From IMG/VR virus record IMGVR_UViG_3300035702_000343, positions 1 to 53,915 of that record: a stretch of 53,915 nucleotides of DNA. The stretch is one strand, 5' to 3'. This DNA comes from a virus (lineage: Duplodnaviria; Caudoviricetes). The stretch's first letter is position 1. Every line of letters begins with the position of its first letter. The notes under the pieces are model-generated. The model was given only the letters and a program-made list of their open reading frames with translations. It had not been told where the DNA came from and searched no databases. Position numbers and translations under genes: made by a program. Of the stretch, positions 33,171-41,812 are shown in pieces.

Positions 33171-33432
33171 AGAAAGTGGTATTTTCTATGAAGCTTGGAC
33201 AAAAAAAGAATTGGAACAAAACCCTATAACAGAAAAACATGTCGGAGCCCCTATTAGCGTAGCGAGTGATCCCAGGAAAAGAAAATACATCTTAGAGAAA
33301 ATCCATAAACCTGGAGAAAAGATGTATCCTGATGGGGGGTATGAAATTGATCACCCAGATTTTGTCTTTAGTCAAAGCCTCTTCTTAGAGGAAGCAAAGT
33401 CTTTTAAACCTAAGAAAAAGAAGAAAAAATAA
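33133..33432 (+). CDS. Hypothetical protein with poly-Lys C-terminus
   Basis: ORF track. Confidence 0.6.
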   Translation: MAKSEKTERKQVKESGIFYEAWTKKELEQNPITEKHVGAPISVASDPRKRKYILEKIHKPGEKMYPDGGYEIDHPDFVFSQSLFLEEAKSFKPKKKKKK

Positions 33433-33440
33433 ACTATATC

Positions 33441-33456
33441 TGGTATAAGAATTATG
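33441..33456 (+). promoter_or_regulatory. GGTATAAGAA motif copy 4
   Basis: TGGTATAAGAATTATG followed by hairpin AAGAAGC/GCTTCTT. Confidence 0.7.
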
Positions 33457-33507
33457 AAGAAGCACAAAGCTTCTTAATTTTTTAACTTAAACTTAATCTA
33501 CAACATT

Positions 33508-33876
33508 ATGTTTACACTTATTTCATACTCCGACGCCGGTTATTCTTTGATCCACCAATCAGGAGATTTCCAGGAACTAGAGAACATTCAACAAGATCCT
33601 AGTATCTTAAATTTGGATGGTCTTTTATTGAACGATAACCTTCTTTCTTTAGGTGGCATTTGTGGATCCCTATCAATGGGAGACGGGGATGACTTTGAAG
33701 ATGTTACAGGGTTCGAGGAAAACTCTCATCTTTTTATTTTAGATCAGGAATTTATTGAGTATCTAAAATCTTGCGAAGAGGACTCTGAGGATCTAGAGCT
33801 TTGTGAGATGTTAATGACTCAGTATCCTGACCCTCATATGTTGAAAGATACGCTCCACTGTAATATAGCTGCATGA
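33508..33876 (+). CDS. Very acidic hypothetical protein, ends at TGA overlapping the next ATG (ATGA)
   Basis: ORF track; high Asp/Glu content and almost no basic residues. Confidence 0.6.
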   Translation: MFTLISYSDAGYSLIHQSGDFQELENIQQDPSILNLDGLLLNDNLLSLGGICGSLSMGDGDDFEDVTGFEENSHLFILDQEFIEYLKSCEEDSEDLELCEMLMTQYPDPHMLKDTLHCNIAA

Positions 33877-34727
33877 CAGCATGTATTATCTTTAACCCTG
33901 ACTCAGATGAGTCAAGGTTGCACAGGATAGAAACCGTACTAAGTCTTTTATATTTCAGGGTTGATGCTATTGCATTGGCCCCGGAGTATAAAATTAGAGA
34001 AGACTTTTTAGGTGGTAAAGCTTTTATTGCAAAAGACGAACAACACGCATTAGTGAATTCTGATGTGGTTATTTGCTTAGGAGGTGATGGCACAGTTATC
34101 TATACTGTCCATATGTTAGCAAAATATGATTTGCTGAATAAACCGGTTATATCAATAAATTTGGGTAACGTTGGTTTTATATGTCCATTTTCTTACGAGG
34201 ATGTTCTTAAAGGACTTGATATGGACATGGATATACAAGAGCGTAGCCTTCTTGAATTAAAGACAGGGGCAGCTAGACAACCAACCGCTTTAAATGAAAT
34301 CTATATAGGGAAACCTGATATAGAAACAACTGTTCTGACTTTTAAAATATCTTTTAATGACCAAGTAGCTACATTTAGAGGAGATGGTGTAATACTAGCC
34401 ACATCTACAGGGTCTACTGCATACAATTTTTCTATGGGAGGTCCTATAATTTCCCCAGAAAGAGGAGCTAATCTCGTGTGCATAACTCCTACTGGTTGTA
34501 TAGATGCTAGTGTTAAGCCTATAGTCATGAAATTAGACCCACTGAATTCTTTGACTATAGAAACCTCAGAAGAATCTTGTGTCCAATGTGACTCAAGAAC
34601 TATAGGATATTCAAAAAACCACGAGGTGGAAGCCTCACTTGAGAGTCTCTTTCTTAAAACTCCTAAGAGTTTTAATTATTTTGACCTGCTTGAAAAAAAG
34701 TTAGGTTGGGGTAGGCTTTCTAAGTAA
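33873..34727 (+). CDS. nadK: NAD(+) kinase
   Basis: LGGDGT, INLGNVGF, ALNE, GDGVILATSTGSTAYNFSMGGPII, KKLGW. Confidence 0.92.
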   Translation: MTACIIFNPDSDESRLHRIETVLSLLYFRVDAIALAPEYKIREDFLGGKAFIAKDEQHALVNSDVVICLGGDGTVIYTVHMLAKYDLLNKPVISINLGNVGFICPFSYEDVLKGLDMDMDIQERSLLELKTGAARQPTALNEIYIGKPDIETTVLTFKISFNDQVATFRGDGVILATSTGSTAYNFSMGGPIISPERGANLVCITPTGCIDASVKPIVMKLDPLNSLTIETSEESCVQCDSRTIGYSKNHEVEASLESLFLKTPKSFNYFDLLEKKLGWGRLSK

Positions 34728-34798
34728 CTTTACTGTACCAATTAAAATCTTTTTTGCATTTTTACTTTTAATATGGTAACTTATTTAAAAGTAATCAA

Positions 34799-34871
34799 GG
34801 GCCTATAACTCAGATGGCAGAGTACCAGCCTTTTAAGTTGGGAGTCGCAGGTTCGATCCCTGCTGGGCCCA
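34799..34871 (+). tRNA. tRNA-Lys(UUU), CCA not encoded
   Basis: Acceptor GGGCCTA/TGGGCCC, D arm ACTC/GAGT, anticodon stem CCAGC/GTTGG with loop CTTTTAA, T arm GCAGG-TTCGATC-CCTGC; TTGCAT-N17-TAACTT promoter upstream. Confidence 0.92.
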
Positions 34872-34962
34872 CACCCGTTAGGGGTTATGTCTTCTGCCGT
34901 GGCACTTAATGAGCGTTACGACGTCATTAACTTGCCAAGCTTATAAAAATTTTATACCTTAT

Positions 34963-34978
34963 TGGTATAAGAATAGTG
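34963..34978 (+). promoter_or_regulatory. GGTATAAGAA motif copy 5, upstream of tmRNA
   Basis: TGGTATAAGAATAGTG. Confidence 0.7.
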
Positions 34979-35398
34979 CTGAGGAACACATACAGCATTT
35001 TTAATCAAGCAAATGATAGAAAACAGTGTTCCGATGACGCAACTTGGGGGTGTTCTGGATTCGACTGCTCACAAAAAGTTAAAACTACAATCTGGCTCGT
35101 AGACTACTACCAAACAGTTAAATTGAACTGACAAAAATCAATCACCTAAAATAGCTGGCTTTATTGGCTCAGCTAAGACTCAACCAGCAATAGCTGCGTA
35201 AAGTTCGTTCTACCTGATGATAATAGGGATAGTAAACTTAGGTTTACAGAGCGTCATAATTATCAGAACAGGTGTGGTGACCTTAAACACTCTCAGATAG
35301 TATAGCTTACCGACTGCCACTGAGTAAACAAAAGGCTAAAATAGCAAAATGATTGTACAATAGTTTTAATGGATGTGCTGTAGGACCGGAGTTCGACT

Positions 35399-36135
35399 CA
35401 AAGGGTCACTATATAGGTAACTATATAGATAAAAATTGGATGAATTGCTGGAAGGCTAAGTATTTATATAAGTATATGCTAATCAGCAGCGAAGTCGTGA
35501 GTACACTCACGAAACGTTCAGAGACTACTGGAGAACTTTAGAGTTCTTAATTACCAGCTAGAGCGTCCAACTCCTCGCTAAGAGGATGATGATATAGTCC
35601 GTAATCTCTCGGAAACGGGAGGCAAATCAGAAAGTTTACCACGATCAGCTAATCTATGATGATTAGGGCACAAAACTGTTAAGTTTTTTAGTGAGTTATT
35701 ACCTCCTTCTTTTCTAGGAGTTATATGATGGATATCACATTGATCTTCATTCCAACCGCATATAAAACATGACAGGTTTTTGTCTGTGCTAATTTTCAAG
35801 GCTTTATAAACCTTTCGCTGAATACGTGGACGCTGATTTGATAATTTATTATTTCTGTAATGCCTTGATTTGCATTTACCAGAACAGAACTTTGCATTGT
35901 GTGCTTTTGTAGTAAATTTATTTTTACAAACTACACAATCCTTTATTACTGTTTTTCTGCCGTCATTTCTATTTTTTGCCGCGCAGCTTCTGGAACAAAA
36001 TTTAGCATTACCTCTATTAAGCTCCTTTATAGGAGCCAAAAAATTACTGCCACACCAATCACAAATTGTTGTTTTATGTTTCATAAGATAATATATAAAC
36101 GGTGGGCATGAGAAACAAATAAATTATAACATTAG
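35399..36135 (+). mobile_element. Group I intron (737 nt) in the tmRNA T-loop
   Basis: P1 GACT|C-AAA-GGGTC with U.G at the splice site; terminal G; core AATTGCTGGAA, AATCAGCAG, P7 GACTA (35523) / TAGTC (35595). Confidence 0.9.
35578..36084 (-). CDS. HNH homing endonuclease with N-terminal Zn-finger repeats, antisense inside the tmRNA intron
   Basis: Two CxxC...KFCSxxC repeats; CFICG...DIHHITPRKEGGNNSLKNLTVLCPNHH; TTGTTT-N17-TATATT promoter at 36090-36118. Confidence 0.88.
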   Translation of the reverse strand: MKHKTTICDWCGSNFLAPIKELNRGNAKFCSRSCAAKNRNDGRKTVIKDCVVCKNKFTTKAHNAKFCSGKCKSRHYRNNKLSNQRPRIQRKVYKALKISTDKNLSCFICGWNEDQCDIHHITPRKEGGNNSLKNLTVLCPNHHRLADRGKLSDLPPVSERLRTISSSS

Positions 36136-36189
36136 CTCCGCACCTCCACCACACGGTTAAGTGTAACCCAAGTTGTAGATTGCATGTTT

Positions 36190-36223
36190 AAAGGGAGCCT
36201 CTTTATTGAGGTTCCCTTTTTTT
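36190..36223 (+). terminator. Intrinsic terminator after tmRNA
   Basis: AAAGGGAGCCTC-loop-GAGGTTCCCTTT plus T-run. Confidence 0.85.
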
Positions 36224-36244
36224 ATTTAACTTTAATTTTATCCC

Positions 36245-36517
36245 ATGATTAAAATTTTAATATTTGCTGCTCTTGTAATAGGAGCTGCCTGGCTTATTTT
36301 TATAAAGATACCCGAGATTGTGGGTTCTGGAAAAAAGAAATCAAGTTCTGAGAATTCTTCTGATGAAGGTTTATTAAATAAGCTTACAAAAGAAGAGCAA
36401 AGAGCTCAAGCCGCTAGACAAGCCTTACTCGACGAGGCAGAACAAAAAGACGCTGAAGCTACCAAAACACAGGCTGAAGCAGACACGGTGCGTAAAGCAC
36501 TACAATCGTCACAATAA
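36245..36517 (+). CDS. Small membrane-anchored coiled-coil protein
   Basis: N-terminal hydrophobic helix followed by a charged helix. Confidence 0.65.
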   Translation: MIKILIFAALVIGAAWLIFIKIPEIVGSGKKKSSSENSSDEGLLNKLTKEEQRAQAARQALLDEAEQKDAEATKTQAEADTVRKALQSSQ

Positions 36518-36536
36518 CCCTTAATAAAATAATACT

Positions 36537-36722
36537 ATGAAAAAGAATAATAAGACAAAATTTACACTTGTATTGGTCGCAGTTGCTGCTATACTTGTTG
36601 CCATTTTTGGTCCGGCTATGGTAGAAGACGTACCTAACGGCGAGATTGTGGTTAACCAGGTACCTGTTTCAGGTGACATCGAAGTCTGGTCAGACCCAGG
36701 TTTAAAAATTGACGATGAATAA
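36537..36722 (+). pseudogene. Possible truncated SPFH/band-7-like membrane protein (N-terminus only)
   Basis: TM helix then EDVPNGEIVVNQVPVSG....DPGL, resembling SPFH N-termini; stops at 61 aa with TAA. Confidence 0.4.
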
Positions 36723-36852
36723 ATTGATCCAACCGGGTCAATTGTAAACCAAAGTTAGTAGGTTGGTTTATGGGTTAAGGGTAGGGAAGGGCTGAAAAGC
36801 TCTTCCCGATTCCTTATCTATTTTTCTTTTTAGCTTAGGATTTTATATACAA

Positions 36853-36882
36853 TAAAAAAGCCCGGCACTTGGCCAGGCTTTC
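36853..36882 (-). terminator. Terminator of the sheath/tube operon
   Basis: Imperfect GC stem with A-run on the + strand downstream of the tube gene. Confidence 0.6.
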
Positions 36883-36901
36883 ATGTAAGTATTTGGGAGT
36901 A

Positions 36902-37603
36902 TTAAAGCCCAGATGCATCCAAAGGTTTGACCCTGGAAGCTGATAGGGTTACATTCTCTGCAAGAACAGTAGCGTTAGCGCTAATCCCAAAAGAATGGGA
37001 TTGAATATAACACTTCTCTAAATAAACACCTCCATAAGGCTCTCCATCCATATCAAAAAGTACAAATCCTAAACCTAACGGTCTATTGAATATTGCAGAG
37101 CCTAAGTTGCCCCAGAATTTTCCTGGGTTAGCATTTTGACTCTCCGATTGAGTATCGATAATACCTGAATCCGGGTATGGCATGGTTGGATTATTTAAAG
37201 AGTGGCTTGAACCGCTTCCAAAATCTGCTGATGAGGGAACAGTCGGTGTCCCACCATCGTTTGACTCTCTTTCGTACATTGCATAAAAAAGAGACGGGCC
37301 ATCGAATAAAACTCTACTTAAAGAAGCTCTTACTCTTACCCTAGCTGGAATGAAGAAAGGTGTTCTACCTCCTATCTCAAATATTTCATTTAATTGTTTA
37401 TTTTGCTGTAGCTGTGCACTCTGTACTAACCCTATTGGGTATAAAGAGGCCGCAGACCCGGATAAAACCGGAGGTCCACTAACAATAACAGCACTCTCGC
37501 CAGAGAGATACGCACCATTCAGGGCACCTTCGTGCTCGTCGGGCTGTACATTCTGTTTATTTGGAAAGTTAGCTTTCCAGTTTGATAGATTTTCTAGTGA
37601 CAT
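36902..37603 (-). CDS. Tail tube protein
   Basis: Follows sheath; PIGLVQSAQLQQNKQLNEIFEIGG and YLEKCYIQSHSFGISANATVLAENV beta pattern; AGGAG SD. Confidence 0.7.
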   Translation of the reverse strand: MSLENLSNWKANFPNKQNVQPDEHEGALNGAYLSGESAVIVSGPPVLSGSAASLYPIGLVQSAQLQQNKQLNEIFEIGGRTPFFIPARVRVRASLSRVLFDGPSLFYAMYERESNDGGTPTVPSSADFGSGSSHSLNNPTMPYPDSGIIDTQSESQNANPGKFWGNLGSAIFNRPLGLGFVLFDMDGEPYGGVYLEKCYIQSHSFGISANATVLAENVTLSASRVKPLDASGL

Positions 37604-37620
37604 TTATTTTCTCCTAAGTA

Positions 37621-39225
37621 TTAAAATTCTAGAGTTATTTTTATGTAATTAACTGGATAAAGCGGTGTTATCGCCAGATCCACTTTTATAGTGTCTGGTT
37701 GAACTTCATCTTGGTATACATTTAAAACGTCAACAGCTCTTACATAGCCTAGATCTACAAGTTCGTTTCCTGCACTTACTATCGCAGCCCTAAGCTGTTT
37801 TAAAAACCCATCTGATATTACAAATTTCCCAATTAAAGGTGACACTAGGTCCCTTATATATTTGGAAGCGTAATCAATTTGAGTAGTAATAGATAACTCT
37901 CTAGTTTGAATTGTTGTTGCGTTTGTAGACAACTGGTGTCTATTTATAATAGCTCCTACTCCCCTCTCTTCTAAAATCCAGGTACCGCCTTCTGCGATAG
38001 TATTTAGCTGTGATTTATTAAAGTGGTCATTACTCTTATAAAGCATAGAGAATCCATTTATTCCGCTGTTTGTTAATGGCTCTTCTGGCCTCTTACCAGC
38101 TACAGCACCTACAAGGGCTGCACCAAAATAGTATCCGGGTACCGGATAATAAACTGTTACGAAATCAATATCATTTGCCTTTAAAGTAGTAATTGCTGAA
38201 GAAGTTATCTCACTAAAAGCTCTAAACTTGGTTGATCCTGCAGTAACATTTGTTACGAACTTAGGCTTTAAACTAAAAGTTGATCCAAAAACGGCTTGTA
38301 TGAAAGAGTCTGAAAGAGTGCTTACATGAGCTCTTGTTTCAACATACCCCGCGTCTGGGTGTATAGAAAAGAATCTCTTTTCGCCTGACGCTGCACTGAC
38401 ATTTTGGATAGCTTGTGCTACCTCTTGTTTTTCAGAATTAGTAGCCGGTGTAGTTTCTTCTGGGGAGTAATCTACTCTTTTGGAAACAAAGGCGATACGT
38501 TCTTTCCCCTCAGCGGGTACTGACATCGCATTACAATGCGTTGCAAACTTATCCGCCTCAGATCCTACTCTAGTTAAAGGTGCTATTGCATAAACTTTTT
38601 CTTTATTTTCAAGAGCTGTTACCGCGTTTGAAAAGCTAGATGAATCACCGCCTGTACCTGGATCTACTCCAAGAATATTTGTGCTTACTCCTCCATTTGA
38701 CATGGCCAGAGAAGCTCCATAAGCTAAAGGGTTCCAAGGAACCGGTTGTCCAACATAGTCTATAATGTCTTGAGCCTCAATTACTTTCTGATAGTTATTA
38801 TTTAAATCTGTTCTTTTTGCTAAAAATCCAACTCTTACATTGGCTTTATCAGCATTGTCTACATCGAACCCAGAAATATCTGCTGTAATTGTGATATTCT
38901 CTCCGGATACGGTAAAATCTGTGTCCTTCACTAAGTGTTTAACTGAACCGATAGTGCCGTTTGGCCCCTCAGTCCTAATGAGGTCTACAATAACTGTGTC
39001 CTCAATATAATCTGTATGTGAAGAAAATGCACTTCCAGAAACTACGAGCTCACTTCCATCATACGATGTCGTATATATAGAACTATTCTCATTATCGTCT
39101 CTCTCAGGATCTTGCCAGTAATAGCCGGGGCCTACAACACAAGATTCTAAGGTAGGATCCGGTAATGGGAAACTAGCTGTCTTCTGGACCTGTCTTACTG
39201 TAGCAGCAGGTTTTGTATATGCCAT
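37621..39225 (-). CDS. Contractile tail sheath protein
   Basis: MAYTKP N-terminus, PEEPLTNSGING, C-terminal QPDTIKVDLAITPLYPVNYIKITLEF. Confidence 0.85.
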   Translation of the reverse strand: MAYTKPAATVRQVQKTASFPLPDPTLESCVVGPGYYWQDPERDDNENSSIYTTSYDGSELVVSGSAFSSHTDYIEDTVIVDLIRTEGPNGTIGSVKHLVKDTDFTVSGENITITADISGFDVDNADKANVRVGFLAKRTDLNNNYQKVIEAQDIIDYVGQPVPWNPLAYGASLAMSNGGVSTNILGVDPGTGGDSSSFSNAVTALENKEKVYAIAPLTRVGSEADKFATHCNAMSVPAEGKERIAFVSKRVDYSPEETTPATNSEKQEVAQAIQNVSAASGEKRFFSIHPDAGYVETRAHVSTLSDSFIQAVFGSTFSLKPKFVTNVTAGSTKFRAFSEITSSAITTLKANDIDFVTVYYPVPGYYFGAALVGAVAGKRPEEPLTNSGINGFSMLYKSNDHFNKSQLNTIAEGGTWILEERGVGAIINRHQLSTNATTIQTRELSITTQIDYASKYIRDLVSPLIGKFVISDGFLKQLRAAIVSAGNELVDLGYVRAVDVLNVYQDEVQPDTIKVDLAITPLYPVNYIKITLEF

Positions 39226-39242
39226 TTTTTATCTCCTTATTT

Positions 39243-40013
39243 TTATTTTATTTCATTTTGTTTCTTGCGCTGCGTTGCTTTCGCACCTCGAGATAGCGCT
39301 ACGGCTAGCCCTACCGGGGCCGACACGGTAAACAAGGCTGTATCAACAGCTGCTTCTTGCAGTCGTTTTGACTGCGGTTTGTTTTTATTGCTAAGAGCAT
39401 AAGAAGCTGCACCAATACTGGCCCCACTTCCTCCTAACGCTATCGAAACGGGCGTCAGTCCTTTACGTTTTCTAACGATAACTGAGTCCCGGTTTGTGGT
39501 GCTAACCACTTTACGATCTTTTAGAAATTTGGACTTTGTCTTTAAATAAGACTCACCATTTTTCTTGTACACTACTGGATTGAAAACCTCTTTATGTAAA
39601 TCTCCTTTAAGCTGTTCTTTGGTTAATTTACCGAAGTTTTTTCCAACCTGTGTAGTACCTCCGATCATGCCTTTCCCTTTAACGTCTTTTGTGACTTTTA
39701 AAAGAGCGTCCGCTGTATTTCCTAGAGAAGTTCTAACTGCTGTACCTGCAGAGGTATCATGCTGCATCTTTGGTATTTTAATATTCTTTGGTATGTCTTT
39801 CGACACATTCTTGACAGGGTCTTTGAACCGTGCCATATATTTTCCGGCATCCCTGTAATCGACTTTTGATTTTTCTCAAACAGTACTACCGTACTCTTTC
39901 ATATTTTTTAAGATAGGTGACTTCGATTTAACCGCGTGGTTAAAAGCCTTTCCTGGGCTTTTTGCGCCCCTTATATAATTTAGAGATTTAAATAATCCCT
40001 TTACTTTACTCAT
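39243..40013 (-). CDS. Basic hypothetical virion protein, 256 aa (TGA=Trp at 39876)
   Basis: Frame extends to ATG at 40013 adjacent to the upstream stop; Gly-rich hydrophobic C-terminal helices. Confidence 0.65.
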
Positions 40014-40883
40014 TTAATTTTCGTTAATTATTTCTGTTCCAGTATTGTCTGCTGTAAATCTTTCAAAAAGATTATAATATCCATATATTTTTCCATTATC
40101 CGGGACTGTATATAATCTATTACTTCCGGTGACAGTAATCAAGTTTATATCGCTTTTTTCTTCCAGTGTTACGGCGTCTATGTAGTCTATGGTCAGATTT
40201 AGTTGACTACCTGGGTCATTTACCAATTCGATTTGGACACCACTTGGAGTAACATGGAAATCTATTCCTTCATACAACTCATCCTCTCCGTTGTAGACTC
40301 TACAGTTATACATACGTTCTCCTAACCTCACTGTTTCTTGTCTTTCCACATTAAAAGAGATGTCTACGTTTGCTACTTCTATACCGCCCGCTGATAATTT
40401 TAAAGTTTGTTCTCTTCCCAAGGTTAGGCCGTTCATGGTATGTATACCTTTGTCTTGTTCCTTAAACCACTCTCTATGCGCCCACAGCTGTATAAAAATA
40501 TCATTTGCTATTTCATCAGCAATGTAGTGCCTTTTTGCCATGACTCTTAGATTTATATTAGATCCCCAGGTTTGGGTCAATTTGTAGTTATTTTGTCTGG
40601 AGCCGCCGGATTTAGAATAAAATCTCCTCTCTAGTCCTGAGTCTCTGGAATCATTGTTTGGTAATGCCTCGGATCGATACCTACCAGTTAGCCCTATAGG
40701 GCCACGATCTATTATTACCGTTGGTCTCATAGCTGCGATCCCTAATTCAGTTGCATACTTATCGGCTACAATAATCTTTGTGTTTTTAGGATTAATGTCC
40801 CATTTGTATTTCGTGTGTCCACTAAAATAAGTTTGTATAAAAGATAAAAATACTTTTTTAATCCTCAACGACGGTGTAATCAC
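40014..40883 (-). CDS. Putative tail-completion/neck protein
   Basis: Position between head-completion genes and sheath. Confidence 0.5.
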   Translation of the reverse strand: MITPSLRIKKVFLSFIQTYFSGHTKYKWDINPKNTKIIVADKYATELGIAAMRPTVIIDRGPIGLTGRYRSEALPNNDSRDSGLERRFYSKSGGSRQNNYKLTQTWGSNINLRVMAKRHYIADEIANDIFIQLWAHREWFKEQDKGIHTMNGLTLGREQTLKLSAGGIEVANVDISFNVERQETVRLGERMYNCRVYNGEDELYEGIDFHVTPSGVQIELVNDPGSQLNLTIDYIDAVTLEEKSDINLITVTGSNRLYTVPDNGKIYGYYNLFERFTADNTGTEIINEN

Positions 40884-41010
40884 GTGCTACTTCTGCTCCT
40901 TCTTTTTTAATCTTATCTTCTGCTTTTTCTTGTTCTACTTCAAGAGCTATTTGTGACAATAAATCTTTGTCCCTTACCTCATTTCTCTCTCTTTCTACTT
41001 TTTTAATCAT
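40858..41010 (-). CDS. Small charged hypothetical protein, 50 aa (absent from track)
   Basis: ATG in TAATG overlap; MIKKVEREEIEVRDKDLLSQ...; fills the gap. Confidence 0.55.
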   Translation of the reverse strand: MIKKVERERNEVRDKDLLSQIALEVEQEKAEDKIKKEGAEVARDYTVVED

Positions 41011-41807
41011 TACCTATAATCCTCGATTGAGTATTCATAAATTTCATCGTCTATGTGTATGACACTTAATTGTGCTTGCTGTTCTATGACTACTCCTAAT
41101 AGTTCCAGGGTTCTTACTCTTTGTATAAAAAATCTTTTATCTGTTTTTGCGTCAACTACAACATCACCTGCTTCTAGTGGGGGACGGTTCAAAGTAGTAA
41201 ACATGACATCACTAGGATAAAATTCTCCTCATAACCCTATGTCTTTTACCTGGGCTGCTGGGGTTACCATTCCTCTAACTTTTTGCGGTTTAAAATACCC
41301 CTCTCTTCAACCGGTTCCCCAACAGTTACAATCTGAACATACGTCTGTAGTCTGTTTAAATAATACTGGGTCCCAGGAAACCTCGCAACGAGTTCCCCAT
41401 GTCCTTCTTTTTAAAAGGAAAAAATCTCTACCGCTCTTTTTTCTAAGAACCAGATCTTTCTGCCTTCATATTTTTAACCACTTTAAATTAGGTCTTTCGT
41501 TATTAAGGTAGTAATAATCTGTTATGGAGTTTTCCTGGGTATCAGTGTTTTCTATCTTTAGTTTGTAGTACCACTGTCTTGTCCCGTGTGCTAATCCGCT
41601 GGGAGTAAAGTCTTCGTAGACATATGTGTTTGCAGATATGCCGGAATCTATAAGGTTATATTCGGATAAGTTGTTTGAAGGGGCCTGTGAGACATAAATA
41701 GATACTTCATAATCATTTAAGTCTTCCACAGTATCTTTAAAGGCTCACTCTAGGTCTAGTGAGTTTGGCTTGTTTCTAAATACGGAGAGTTTTTCTAAAG
41801 CTATCAT
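41010..41807 (-). CDS. Putative head-closure/neck protein with Zn-binding segment, 265 aa (TGA=Trp at 41745, 41466, 41307, 41229)
   Basis: Read-through yields GTRC...CSDCNCWGTG[W]REGY...PPLEAGDVVVD; single frame. Confidence 0.7.
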
Positions 41808-41812
41808 AAGGA

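Larger units (their letters stand above)
35046..36151 (+). ncRNA. ssrA: tmRNA split by a group I intron; exons 35046-35398 and 36136-36151 (369 nt mature); tag (A)DKNQSPKIAGFIGSAKTQPAIAA at 35130-35201
   Basis: 5' GGGGGTG...GGATTCGAC; acceptor pairs with CACCTCC-ACCA including G3:U; spliced T arm CGGAG-TTCGACT|CTCCG; tag ORF ends AIAA-TAA. Confidence 0.93.

Noticed and set aside
34799-34871. tRNA read as an ochre (UUA) or opal suppressor
   Set aside because: The 5-bp stem CCAGC/GTTGG frames loop CTTTTAA, giving anticodon TTT (Lys)
19776-34978. CRISPR array or DGR explaining the repeated motifs
   Set aside because: Motif copies are kilobases apart, there is no repeat-spacer periodicity, and no cas or reverse transcriptase gene is present
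35353-35541. 62-aa + strand ORF
   Set aside because: It overlaps the tmRNA 3' domain and intron core and has no protein features
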